A model generated the notes under the pieces. The model was not told the DNA's origin, ran no database searches, and was given only the letters and a program-made list of their open reading frames with translations. Shown here piece after piece: positions 1-13,094 of a stretch of DNA of 64,000 nucleotides. The DNA comes from Podarcis gaigeae. Lineage: Eukaryota. The translations under genes were made by a program, and so were the position numbers. The stretch is taken from NCBI GenBank assembly GCA_964106915.2, contig OZ066917.1; one strand, 5' to 3'. Numbering within the stretch: the first letter of the stretch is position 1; each line of letters starts with the position of its first letter.

Positions 1-2504
1 GCAAGCAGCCCTAAGACACCATAAAGATATATTTTTCATGGTTACAGCCCATTCTCCAGAAGTTTTCAGTACAAGCTACTATGCCCCCAGTGCCACAGAT
101 AGAAGGGCAGAAGGGATAGGATTTGGGAGAGCCAAGGCCAGAGAAAGTCCCAGGCTATTAGCTTTCATTTAAGAAAAAGAAAGTAAGTCAATCAGACATT
201 TCTGAAGGAAGTCACAGCTCAAAATGCAAAATGCTCAAATGCTTCAGCACTCTTCAGGCAGTGTCATTGCTAAGAATTAATCACCTAATAACTGTTGCTA
301 AGCAATATGATGAAGAAATGTTTACTCCTCCTCTTGGGACTCAGTAGAGGACCGATTTGAGATAAAGATTACTAATTCAGGCTCTCTGTTGACATCTGTA
401 CCTCTAACATGAGCTATCATACTTTGGATTCCAGCTGTTGGATACATTTATAACTTTTGGTTCCAACTGCTGGGTACCATTAAAATTTTAATTGACCTTA
501 GAAAAACCATAATATTCATGTCAGATGTTCGTCTAATAAATTCCTTGGTGGGCTGTCTTCACTATTATACCAACTATGAAAATAGCAGCCATATTTCAGA
601 AATGAATTAAAAACAACACCATTTACAGTACACTACCATCTGATACATACCTACTTAGAAATGTCTGATCAAGATAAATGGGACCTACTCCCAGGTAGGT
701 AGGTAGGTAGGTAGGTATGGGATTGCACCCTTAAGAACCATGTGGCAACAACACTGATTATTAAAATAATGAATCAAAGAACATAAGAACTGTCTTAGAT
801 TGCATTTCCCTCAATCATTTCTTAGTATGTAAATGTGAGCAGTGATTGCTTAAAATAATTATGGCTGCACATTAAACAGAGTGCATAATTCCCCCCTCCC
901 CAATGAACCATAGTTAATTCTATCTGGAAATTAGTGAGTACCATTTCAGAGTTAATTACAGCATGCTAACTAGATTGTCACTAATAAGAGGCATGCCCTT
1001 ATCTCTACAGACGGGAGCTAAAACAATGAATTTATGACTCACGAGTGTCTAAAGAACACCTAAAAAGAAATCCATTTCTGTATCCTACATAAGAAATACA
1101 AATGGTCAACTTAAGATTGCAGCCTAGGTAGACAAAATGGGTGCTAAAATTGGAGGTCTCGTGCTTTTTACGGATATGTTTCACTTTTGCCTCATGGGGG
1201 CTGGGGGGTGAGGGAGAAATTTAAAAGAACTGGAAACTGCTCTATACAATGGGCAGCTTCTAAGTCTATATGAATTGCTAAGAGCTCGTGGAAATGACTT
1301 GGTGAGGTGTCCAGTTGTGTAGGTGGTGCCCAATGAATCAGGGGCCAATTCCATCAATGCAGTTGACCCCTGCACATATCCTTGGGTCATTTAAACACGT
1401 GATAAAGCTGCTCACAGTTACAGGATTCCTACTGAAGCCTGGAGAATATCTCCTAGACACCTGCAAGTGAGGAAAATGTGAGGAGAGTGATCCTTTATCC
1501 AACGTCCTTGGCTTTCTTTTTGGTGCCAGTTCTGGAAGGGAAAGCTAAAAAAAAAAAAACTTTCCCTCTCAATTCCTAATGATTTAATCCAATTCTCTTT
1601 TCCCCTGCCCAATCTCTACTGCTTTGCAAATTGTCAGACGCAAGCATTCCAACGGTAATTTTGGACTTGTAATATCAGAAAACCAGAAGAACCACAAAGA
1701 AAGAGAGAGAGAGACATGGAAATATAGGAAATGTAATCAGCTAGAACTGAAAGCTGACTCAGCACCTCACTGGTGGATATGCCAGAGGAGTTTGCTAATG
1801 GTGTGTTTCAGCACCCTTGATTGAACTGGGTTTGCAAAGGAAAAAAGCAGCTGCAAATTCTTTTATATTTAGTGTCTGCTTATTTTGGTTCTTTTTTTCC
1901 TATGCAAATAATATTACCTACCCTTCTTTTTTTGCTTAGTAGACAGCATTCCTTCCACTGAGTAAAAGGAAAAGATTTTTCTTCTTGTACCGGCCAATGC
2001 TTAAAATGCTGTTTCCACTGAAATGCACAACATTTCTGCTGCCTTTCATTTCTTTTGAAGACAGCACAGACCTGTCTCCATGTTACCTACACTGGAATTT
2101 GTGGTTTAAATGTTTTGCTCAAGATGAGGATAGCAAAACAATATTTAATGTCACAGGCCGTGGTACAAATGTGAGGGTTACTGAAAGGAAAACATGATCA
2201 TGGTTAAAGCTCTAGACTACAGCCAACTCCTCGCCATTTTTGTTTATGCAGGAGTTAGCCTCATTTAACTCAACGGGGGATTATTAGGATTGTACTGCTT
2301 GTGCATATGGGTTTAGCTTTATTGTTCAAGGACAAGGCCATCAAACCTCAAATGGTTTGGAGGGAATCCACAAAATGTCCCAAATAGTCTTTGTTGTGAT
2401 GAAACTCTCAATGGAGTTATTTTATCCAGATTTGGGACAAACAAACTTAAGAAGAGCCCTATTGGCCAAATTTCTGTCATAGTCCAGAATCCTTTTCTCA
2501 CAGT

Positions 2505-2711
2505 TAGGGCTGCCATACGTCTGGGTTTCCCCCCAAAATGGCGTTCGGCCAGATTTCTGCTGAATTGAGAAAACCTGGGTGTATGGCAAGTTGGGGTATT
2601 TGTTTATTTTAAAAAATGTAAGAAAAGCCCCAAAATGAATGTTTATTTGGTAGATGTTCCCAAGAAAAAACTCTGTCTGGATTTTCACTTTTCGGAATAT
2701 GGCAAACCCTG
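2505..2711. mobile_element. Non-autonomous hAT-like element
   Basis: TIRs tagggctgccata / tatggcaaaccctg. Near-TSD ctcacagt / ttcacagt (8 bp). Confidence 0.65.
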
Positions 2712-3193
2712 TTCACAGTGGTTAATGAGATTAATATTGCCCACATGCAGGTGCCGAGTACAAAAGTACCGCCCACACATGCAATTCACAGTAAGTGGTA
2801 TTCAGAGGCATATTGCCTTCAACAGAAAATAAGAATGGCACCAGAAGTTTGAGTAGTTGCCCAGGAACAGTGGATGTTTGAAAGGTCCATCTTGCTGAGC
2901 CTTGAACTAATGCAGTCCCTCCAAGTGTCCCTATTTTCTAAGGACAGTCCTGGATTTACAGAAGCCATCTCGGTTTCTGATTTGATCCCGGAATGTCTCA
3001 CTTTTCCTCAGGGTGTCCCTATTTTCATCAGAGGAATGTTGGAGGCTATGGAGTTATGCAGGCTAAAGAGATAAGTAACTATACAACCATTAGAAGACAT
3101 CTCTGTATAGGGAAGTGTTTAATGTTTAATTGTGTTTTTATATATGTTGGAAGCTGCCTAGAGTGGCTAGGGTAACCCAGTCAGATGGGCGGG

Positions 3194-3195
<2 letters not shown>

Positions 3196-3240
<45 letters not shown>
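3196..3240. repeat. (AAT)n microsatellite (L2 tail)
   Basis: Seen directly. Similar tracts at 16704-16752, 20820-20875, 28798-28843 and 48854-48891. Confidence 0.95.
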
Positions 3241-3241
<1 letters not shown>

Positions 3242-6034
3242 ATCTGTGTTTTCATTGGAGAAATGTTGGAAGGCATGCAGTCTTTATCTTGTGTCTATGA
3301 GTCCAGTGAATTAAGATTCAAGAAGTGAACAAGTGACAGACTGCTGAAGAAAGTCTGTAATCTTCTGCTTATGTTATTGTGCTTGTGTCCTGTTCCTGCC
3401 TGTCAGCTTCCTCTAAGTATCTGGTTGATTGCTGTGTAAATAGAATGTGGGACTAGATGAGGCTTTGGCCTGATCCTGAAGAGCTCTGCTTGTGTTTTTA
3501 CCCAAACCTTAAGATCCTCTTTGGAAGCCTGCTTGGGTAACCTCACCAAATGAAGTGAGGTGGCTTTTCCAGTGCTGGGATCTCAGCTATTGAACAGCTT
3601 CTCCAGAGAGGCTTCCCTAACACCTTCTCTATGGTCAGTTCAGCACCAAGGCATTTAAATTTAAACCAACCTTGGTTTGTTCTGACTGAGTGAAGTGCTA
3701 TGAAAAAAAAGGTATTTTCTCTGAGTATTGTTGCTATACTAGTAGCAAATATTGTTCAACACAGAGTAAATGAAGAAAGTATCTTTTGCTGAATTGATTC
3801 ATTTGTGGAAATTCAAAACCAGCAAGCTTTTGACATTTTAGAGAGCTTTTCCTTTTTGCCTCAAAAGAACCTACATTTCTCCCAACAAGCTATCATCTTA
3901 ACTTATTCTGTTGTTTTATGCTGGCTTTCTGTGTGTTGTGCTACTATAACCTAGCTAACCCACTGTATGCTAAAAACGCAGCCTTGTTTGACACTAATTT
4001 ATTCCTCGGAGACTTCATCTTCAAGCCCACTTGATGTAATGTCAGATTTTGAAAAACATGGTGTGATGTCAGCTAATTTTACAAGTCAAATCTGTGTTGC
4101 ATTAGTGATTTCATACATACTGGGTTGCAAAGCTGCTTTTCATCACTGCAAAATTACATACGTGGGATATTACAGCATTTCTGATTAAATCATGCCTTCT
4201 GGATCCATTCAGATTGTTCCATTTAACTGAAGATGGGCAGTTTTGCAATGCACGTTTTGGCCTATGATTTTCCTTAATTCTACCCAGCATCAATGAAGTA
4301 TTGAAGAATTAACAATGGTGTTCTTGTGTAAAGAACTGATTTTGCTACATTTGCATGCCATAAAACTATTCAATTGTCTAAAACAGCGATAACAGGAGAA
4401 AATTGCTGCTATTGTGTCCCGTGTCCCTCTCTTTCTAGTAAGATTTAATTGCTTTGGACAACTAAGATAGAGTACCTTTCCCCCAGGACAGCTTCAGTAC
4501 ATCATCTGAGCTCCCCCCCCTTTCTTTAGAAACTAATTATTTAGAAGTTTTCTGTGGCAGATGTTCTGCAGTCAGAAGAAATGAGCTTATGCTGAACGGA
4601 GGTGAGTTGTGAGAGACTTTCACGATGGAACATTAAAACATTGCCAGACGCTCCTTCCACTAATTATTTGCATTTCCTTTGCTGGGACCAAAGATGATGA
4701 TGCAGACACAACTTTCCTTGCTAACAATGCAGCTGTTCTTGTGACTGGATCCTGCAGCGAATTCATCAGACAATGCTTATAAAGACCATTGTTAATGGGG
4801 GACTGCCATCAAATCACAAGTTCAGTTTTGACTTCCAGCACCCAAACAAGAGGTAACGACTTCAAAAATGTAGCTGCTCTGACAGTAGATAAGAAAAATA
4901 AAGAGGAACTGCAAAAAATAAAAATTCTCAACCAATTCCAAGGGAACTGGCTCCTGTTGAGAATACGCCTCAATGCTAAGGAATATGAATATAGATGTTA
5001 ATCTGAAGCTTTTTTTGGAGCAGGTTGAGCAATTCTTTTAGGCTGGAATGCCTGTTATGCATTGAAATTGCAAATAAATAAATAAATCTGTTGTTGGCAA
5101 AAGCCGTGGCAGAAGGAAGATGTTGTAGGTTCGGGGAAGCAAGTTTTATTCACCCCAAACCCAAGATAAACAATGGATTGAACAAGGTCTTTCTTGCCTA
5201 AGTGGGAAACAAGGCCGGTTCTATCATTAGGCAGACTGAGATGGCCAGCTCAGGCAGGAGACACCAAATCTTCTCTTGGCTCTTCCCTCCCTGCTGTTCT
5301 CGCCCTCTTGAGCTGAAACTCAAGCAGCATTCCTTGCTTGCTTGCTGCTGGTCTGAGTTGGCAATAGGGCCGTTGGGAAAGTTCTGAGTGAGCAAGCAGC
5401 CAGCTGAGGCCACACCATTCCACCAGGCACCACCCATGCAATGTATGCAGGAGTTACCCCGGTGGCTGCATTGCAGCACTTGAACAGGCAGTGAGCAGCT
5501 GGCAGAGTGGTGAGCAGGAATTAGATATTGGATAGAGCTGTGTGGTCCACCCAGCCTATCCTGCACCCATGAGCTACCCTACTGCCCACAAGTATGCTGC
5601 TTGATGATGTTCCATTGGCAGCATTGAAGCTGATTCAGCTGCCGGTCCGATCCCCTTCTATATATGGAATGGCGGTTGCAGCTTGTTCCTTTCAGCTAGC
5701 AGAATGAGCAGAATGACCCTTGATGTTGCCAAGATCTCAATATGCCCCTCCTCTCAACTCTATGCGTGGTTCGTATTGATGTCAAAAGTCAGAAATACTG
5801 GATTGCATTCCTATATGTAAGAGCTAAACTTGGGTAGAGAAACTCCCTCAGGAGTTGAGGCCAAGGAGATTTGACCTCAACCACCATGAACAGGCAAGAG
5901 AAAGGAAGAAAGAAAAGACTGCTATTGTAGTCAAGGGGAACTGATAAAGGAGAAGCATAGTCCAATTTAAGTTTGCTGTGCCTGGAGAGCAGAGCTAGGT
6001 TACGGAGGAAGCCGTCAAACTGAACTAAGAACTA

Positions 6035-6260
6035 CAGTGGTACCTCGGGTTAAGTACTTAATTCGTTCCAGAGGTCTGTACTTAACCTGAAACTGTTCTT
6101 AACCTGAAGCACCACTTTAGCTAATGGGGCCTCCTGCTGCTGCTGCACCGCCAGAGCATGATTTCTGTTCTCATCCTGAAGCAAAGTTCTTAACCCGAGG
6201 TACTATTTGTGGGTTAGCGGAGTCTGTAACCTGAAGCGTATGTAACCCGAGGTACCACTG
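6035..6260. mobile_element. Tc1/mariner (pogo/Tigger-like) MITE
   Basis: TIRs cagtggtacctcgggtta / taacccgaggtaccactg, preceded by TA. Confidence 0.85.
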
Positions 6261-6594
6261 TGAGACTGAGCCCTGAACACTGAGTTTCCAAGTTCCCCTA
6301 CCATTCTGTATTAACCACCAATGTCTTATCAGTTGTTAGGATCCCTAGTGATTTTAATTTAATATTGAACTGTCTTCCCTCCCACTTCAAAATAAAAAAA
6401 TCTGGAATTTCTTGGTTCTATTAAAACAAAGTGGTGGCCCCGCCAAAAATGCTGCATTTGTAGAATTCTAGTTCAGTCAAAGAATAATATGGAAAACCCT
6501 GATCCTTAGGTGACTTGGTATGCTTTTTCTAATATGGTGGTTAATTTGAATTGATGGAAGGTGTGCTTTTTGTCACATCTAAATATTATTATTG

Positions 6595-6730
6595 CCAGGC
6601 TTTTTTTCAGGGGCAACTCACTGGAATTCAGTTCCGGCACCTCTCAGGTGGGCGCCATTGCCATCCTAAGAGAACAAGAGAGGCGTTCATGGTGAGTTCT
6701 GGCACTTCTTTTTCTAGAAAAAAAGCACTG
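6595..6730. mobile_element. Short hAT-like MITE
   Basis: TIRs caggcttttttttc / gaaaaaaagcactg in attattat context. Confidence 0.55.
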
Positions 6731-6900
6731 ATTATTATTAATTATTAAATTGGTTAGTTGCTTGATCTTGCTCAGGGCAACCCAAAGCAACTTAAAATAG
6801 CTTCTTACAATAGTGATCTTAGTGACCATTATGCTTCAGACGAATAGATAAGGTGATACACAACAAGCGTGTGAAATGTGTATGTCTGCAGAAATAAATA

Positions 6901-7121
6901 CAGTGGTACCTGGGTTACAAACGCTTCAGGTTACATACGCTTCAGGTTACAGACTCCGCTTACCCAGAAATAGTACCTCAGGTTGCTTCAGGATGAGAAC
7001 AGAAATTGTGCAGTGGCAGTGGGAATCCCCATTAGCTAAAGTGGTACCTCAGGTTAAGAACAGTTTCAGGTTAAGAATGGACCTCCAGAATGAATTAAGT
7101 TCTTAACCTGAGGTACAACTG
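6901..7121. mobile_element. Tc1/mariner MITE, same family in opposite orientation
   Basis: Same TIRs, TA flanks. Confidence 0.85.
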
Positions 7122-8408
7122 TACTTTGTTTAAAAAGGCGTATTTTGGGTTTAGGAGTGTTCCATGCAATGCAATTTTTCAGAGGCCGATCTTAAAAAAA
7201 TGCAGATCAATGTAGAAATGTACCAGAATGGCCTTGGGGATTAACAGATTCAAAAGTGCCATGGACGGGAAGTAGACTGATCCCAGGATACGGTCTGAAG
7301 ACACCAAATTGCTGAGATGAAGTCTGGGTTTGGTAAATGCCTGGATGGGAGACTGCTTGGGAACCATATACATGTTGCTTTGGGTTTCATCATGGAAGAA
7401 AGGTGGGATATAAATATTATTCAATGGAACAATCTGTCCGTGCGTATGCATGGTAGACGGCATCTCAGGTTCACAGGCTTAATTGTCTTCAGAGCTGCAC
7501 CTCAGCTCCCTTGAACACTTGGCAAGAAGAGTAGATTGGTGAGCTCCTAGCCAGAGTGGAGAGGCACGATTCTTGTCCCCCTCTGAGCCTATGCCCTTGA
7601 TTGACTTTTGAACTGTGGTCCTTGAGCATAAGAATCAGTTCTGAAATATTTATTCCCTCCCCCCCACCCCATCCTGAGTACCAAGACCTTTAAAGATTGT
7701 CCTGCTTTCTGGTGAGGGAAATGCAATTTTGTAATGAGCTGGAAAACACACTTATAATCTCATACTTCTTTATTACCTAATCATGTAACAACAACAAACT
7801 GAAAGGAGAGGTGGGGGAAAGCTCTTCACACGTTTTCTTCTGAGGTGAAACATCACAGGCCAGGTTTCAGTCTCGAACATAACTTTCTTCTACTGGTAGA
7901 ATATCTGAGAAAAACCCTCAAATAGTTAAACTACAGTCATTTAATATATTGTATCTTGGCCAATAGCTGCCTCCAGGGTATTGGTGGAAGTGACAGGAAA
8001 GAAGTCGCATTTAAAATCTAGGGCAAATCTAAGATAACATTAAAAAAATGTAAAAAAATAATAATTCTGGATAGTCTCTAACCTTTTCCCCAGCACAGCT
8101 AAGTGAAAACAAATGCTACTCCTCATTTCCTGCAGAGCCAGGGCAAGCCAAAATCAAATTACTTGAAATATATTTTTATAGAGTATTTTCCCTATCCCCT
8201 ACAGTACAAATGACTAATTCAGCTCTTCCTGTTGGGTTGGAATGGGCTCTGGAAACTGGCAGACAAATTCAAATAGAGTTGGAAAGAGGAAAGGAAAATA
8301 AGAAAGGGGGCTTTTGCTGACTCTTGATTCATTCACTGAATCCTTCTGCTCGGTCGAGCATCAATTTATGGAGCCCTGAGATTCCTAAAAGGAAAAAGGA
8401 TGCAAACC

Positions 8409-8665
8409 TTAGAGTTTCAGGGGAATAATTGGCCAGTACTTGGGTTGCTTTTTATCACAGTTCCTATCAAAGTTGAGTTGCATGGTGGTCTCCATAGCTT
8501 GGATTTTGCTGGCACCCAAGCCATAGAGTTTCTTCATTTCAGCCCCTCTCCTTTCGCCGGGCTTCTCAGCTGGGGGCTGTACCGATCGGCCTGTCGATAG
8601 GTGAAGGTCGTGGTCTGCTTCGACATACATGTCCTGGTGTTCTGCTTCAAGCTCCTGCTGTTTTC
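8409..8665 (-). CDS. GEMIN8: GEMIN8 (gem-associated protein 8, SMN complex), last coding exon
   Basis: Translates to (R)[48 protein letters not shown]...[24 protein letters not shown], matching the recalled GEMIN8 C-terminus (..PGERRQAEMKRLYG..KQPKYWPVIPLKF). Acceptor ttttgtacag| at 8666-8667. Phase 1 fits the upstream exon. TAA at 8409-8411. Confidence 0.95.
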
Positions 8666-9244
8666 CTGTACAAAACACAAGACAGCTCCTTAAGCTGCTC
8701 CTCAGTTATGCCAGACAGGTTTAAAATTACACATGGGCCACATACGCAGACCTGAAGACATACACAGTGATGCGGGGCAGAATTTTTCCATGGAACTCTC
8801 CCCCCCCCCCCGCCACACTTCTTAAGTTCATTAGTAACAATGAATACATGCCAAATATTATGCAAGCTTGGCGGTTGGGGAGCATTTCGCTTTTGTCTGC
8901 TAAATACAAGTAAAATCTGACAATTCCCCTATTCAAAATTTTATGGGAAACACAAATCACTGGGCATATGCATAACCTTTCAAACAAAGACAATCCATAC
9001 ACAACTTGAGCCTTGCAAGTATGCTGGTTCCCGTTTCAACAAGCCTTGAAGCTGTAAGTACATTATCCCTTTCTTTTAAAAGCTGCACTGCTTTGCCAAT
9101 TTTTCTTTGGGCACAATTCAGAGTGTTGGCAATTACCTGCACAGCAATAAACAGATTCAGGTAGATAGCCATGTTGGTCTGGCGCAGTCGAAATAAATAA
9201 AAAATTGTCCAGTAGTACCTTAGAGACCAATTAAGTTTGTTCTG

Positions 9245-9283
9245 GGTATAAGCTTTCATGTGCATGCACACTTCTTCAGATAC
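9245..9283 (-). ncRNA. Minimal hammerhead ribozyme motif
   Basis: Minus strand reads gtat CTGAAGA a gtgtgcatgcacat GAAA gc tt atac: stem I gtat/atac, palindromic stem II, and AGCU palindrome at stem III. Confidence 0.65.
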
Positions 9284-9508
9284 AGTGGTACCTCGGGTTA
9301 CATACGCTTCAGGTTACAGACTCCGCTAACCCAGAAATAGTACCTCGGGTTAAGAACTTTGCTTCAGGATGAGAACAGAAATCGTGCTCCAGCGGTGCGG
9401 CAGCAGCAGGGGCCCCCATTAGTTAAAGTGGTGCTTCAGGTTAAGAACAGTTTCAGGTTAAGTACAGACCTCAGGAACGAATTAAGTACTTAACCCGAGG
9501 TACCACTG
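9283..9508. mobile_element. Tc1/mariner MITE inserted at the centre of the small PLE palindrome
   Basis: Perfect TIRs, TA on both sides. Confidence 0.88.
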
Positions 9509-12364
9509 TACATGCACACAAAACCCAGAACAAACTTAGTTGGTCTCTAAGGTGCTACTGGACAATTTCCCCCCAATAAATAGCTTGAGGCTACGATACA
9601 CGAGGGACTGTCTTCTCCCAGGCCAGCACGTCTGCTTCCTAAGATCTGCTGAGGAGGTCGTGGCCCAATGGTGGCCCAAACAAGACCTGGCTAGGATGCA
9701 TGAGGAAGGTTCCTCTGTGGTTGCATCTAGGCTGTTGGAATTTGCCTGCTGGAATTTGGCCTCAGCTCTCTCTGCTTTATGTCGCCTGGGGAAGACTATT
9801 GTTGTTCTCATCATCATAGCAGGCATTTGATCATCACAACCACCATTATTATGGCAGGCATTTGACCTGCCACGGTGAAAATTCTTCTGTAGCTGCCCTT
9901 CATGGGTGCATCAGATAACAAAAATCTCTTGCCTTTTTTATCTTCTTGATCATTTCATTGGCTTCAATGCTTTTAAAACTGCCACCCTGAGCACTGCCAA
10001 GTAGTTTAAAATTAAAGTTAAGGAGGGGGAAGCTCTCGCGCGGAAGTATGCAGGGGATGAGGACTATGACAAAGGGAATCAAAAGTGGACTGGGGGGAAG
10101 ATAACATTTATTCCTGTTGTAAACCCTTTAAAAAAAGGAATAAGAGTGTGAACAAATTATTAGAGCAGATGTTGCACTGGAAAGAACAGACACGTCATAC
10201 ATGACAGAAGTTAAATTAAACTTGGTTCTCCCTCCCACCCTCCCCCAATAAAATGGGACCACCAGGCCTAAATTGTTTTGCAGCTGTGGCGATGAAATGA
10301 TAGAACAGGACAGTGTAACTTTAGCCAAACCTCCGCTGGTGAAAACTGCTGACATTCTCCAGGGTAAGAGAAAGGACAGGCCTCAGCTTGCTACACATAC
10401 CCGAGCTAAGCTTGTCTTGTGAAACCCAGCTGTTGGCATTGTCAAGGCACCTGCCAAATTGACAACCTCCTGAATGCTCACACAGATGCACTTTGTTTTC
10501 CCCCCTATTAAACACTACCCAAGGTGGTAGCAGCAGAGTGATAAAGTATTAAACGAGAATTGCCAGTCTTCAAGCTGATGCACTCAATCCTGCGCTGCCT
10601 GAGCGAGTTTAATTTCTGGTTAAGACTGTTAAATATTTAAGCCTTTTGCACCCATGGAAATCGACGGTGGCTCAAATTTATCTGCAGATTAAAAAAGTAA
10701 ATAATTTGGATCCACAAATCAGTCTTATTCTACGAAGCCAGCTGAAAGCTGATTTCAAAAAGGAGGGCATTTTTACTTCTATTGTAATAACAAGGGATGC
10801 CACACTGGAAGAGAGAGACACTCTGCCTAGCCATACAACTGAAAGATATTTCTGACATAGCTTTAAAAGACTCAGCATATACACATTTTATAATCCCGTA
10901 TTTTAAGTTTATGTGTGTACATTTGCACGCTGATCTATTTTACTGTTGGGTGGATTTTTGCCAAAATGTGTGTCTTTGCAGGAAACAGCCAGATGTGTAG
11001 ATCTTCTTAAGCAGCAGCTGTGTGCCCCAAAAGCCACACTGAAAACAGCCCATCTTTGTTCTTGCTTACTGTCTCCAACAGTGAACAGGAAAGATTGTTA
11101 TCTTGCATGAGAAACAGGCTGATTGTATTTATTTGATTTTGAAAATTTCTACCCTGCTGTTCAGCCCAGAAGCTCTCCGACTGGCTAACAATAGATATTA
11201 AAAATACAATTTAAACAATGGAATGGAAAAAAACAAAGACAACAAACAGTCAGAGAAGTTTCAAAAATATGTTAGTGACGCTTAGTCAATACACAAATCC
11301 AACACTTGCCTTTGTGTTTCTATCTACTTTTAATGATATTACGCATAAATCAAATTGAGATAGTGGTTAAAAGGTGTTTAATAAAATAATAATAGTAATG
11401 ATGGTTGTTGTTATCTATTTCATTTATGAATCGCTTCCTATGAAGCATTGTGAAATGTTTTCACAATGAAATAAAACCATATATTGAAGAATTGCATATT
11501 TGAAAAACAGATAAAACAACAGCATGTATAAACACAATTGCATAAATAAAAATAATTCTCAAATCCAATGCAGCTACTGACTCGGATAAAAATCTTTATC
11601 ACATGTAGAGAGAGATAAGGCTCCATATAGAGGGTCACTGTGTGATCCACATGCACACACACCAGAACTCATCCAGATTTCACTCATCAGTGAAATTATC
11701 TGCAGATTGTATACCAAAATGAAGTGTTTTGCAATACCTGCTTTAAAACATCTGCAATATATTTTAAGGCTAGGGGAAGGGGGGGAAACTATTTCTGTGT
11801 GTAGCAGCTCACTGACAATCTGTCTGGTTCACAAGACAAATTATACCTCACTCATGGACAATAGATATTTAAACAGTACAATCTGGAACTTCAATTTCTG
11901 GATTCCTTTCTTTGCTGGGAAGCAACGCTCACAGACAGAAAGTCTTGCCTCACCTCTAAATATTGCCATAATTTACTCTGTATCTCTCCACTATTGGCAC
12001 AAACAAGCACAATTGTTTCTGGTGGTGGAAAAGCAGTTAAAGATCATTTACATTTTCACCTCCTCCCCTTTGCTTTTATTACTGTGTCACAGCTTTTAAC
12101 ACAAGTCTCCCCAAACCAGAAAAGAATTCTCCACCTAATATCCCCCAGTATAACGCGCTTAAATAAATTTTGGATGGCTGAACACTGTTTTGTGCCAGGC
12201 CCAAGTTTGCCGTCTAGACAGCACTGAGGTAAAAATGTATAGCATGTGTATCATAGTAAAGTCCTGAGCTTTCAAATATCGATGGATGGCATGGTTTTTT
12301 TCCATATACTGCTATTAGATATTTTAAGTATCTGTATTTAAAGTGTTCTGCCAGTGTTTGCACT

Positions 12365-12707
12365 GGAGGCGCAGGTGGCGCTGTGGGTTAAACCACGGAG
12401 CCTAGGACAGAAGGTCGGCGGTTTGAATCGCCATAACGGGGTGAGCTCCCGTTGCTCGGTCCCTGCTCCTGCCAACCTAGCAATTCGAAAGCACGTCAAA
12501 GTAGATAAATAGGTACTGCTCCGGCGGGAAGGTAAACGGCATTTCCGTGCGCTGCTCTGTTTCCTCTGAAGCGGCTTAGTCATGCTGGCCACATGACCTG
12601 GAAGCTGTACGCTGGCTCCCTCAGCCAATAAAGCAAGATAAGCACCGCAACCCCAGAGTCGGCCACGACTGGACCTAATGGTCAGGGGTCCCTTTACCTT
12701 TACCTTA
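12365..12707 (+). mobile_element. Sauria SINE
   Basis: ggtggcgctgtgggttaaacc head, gtagataaataggtac core, (accttt)n tail. Apparent TSD ccagtgtttgca. Confidence 0.9.
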
Positions 12708-13094
12708 CCAGTGTTTGCAAGCTGACTTGCAGGCTTTTATAGTAAACGTGTGGTATAAGTTGCCTGAGCAAAGGTGACTATTCTGGGCAGGGACACACAT
12801 TACTCTTAAGAAAAGCTCAGCTCTGCTAGCAGTACAACTTCTGCAAATTATAGAAATGCAACTATTTCCCATTCTTTAACACAAAGTTAACTGATGTCCC
12901 CAGAAGGGAACTGCGTGTCTCAGGGTAAAGATTTCACAACTCTAACCTAGGTGTTTAAACCTTAAAGGAATGTTGCCATTTTCTGTCCACGGTGGCTAAG
13001 AAGAAGTCAAATATTCTGCAACTCCTACTTATTCCAGAGAAGCTGCCAGGTAGATTTGTAGCTGGTTAACTGACCAAACCGAAAGGGTGCTCAC

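Larger units (their letters stand above)
9153..9568. mobile_element. Short palindromic Penelope-like (Neptune-type) terminal-repeat relic with hammerhead, split by a MITE
   Basis: 9202-9270 (aaaattgtccagtagtaccttagagaccaattaagtttgttctgggt..) is the inverted repeat of 9511-9568 (..acccagaacaaacttagttggtctctaaggtgctactggacaattt). The left arm has a ~50-nt extra tail. Confidence 0.75.

Noticed and set aside
12338-12628. Recurrent 'MAEGA.VQLPGHVASMTKPLL..' ORFs as a gene family
   Set aside because: They are antisense translations of Sauria SINE copies.
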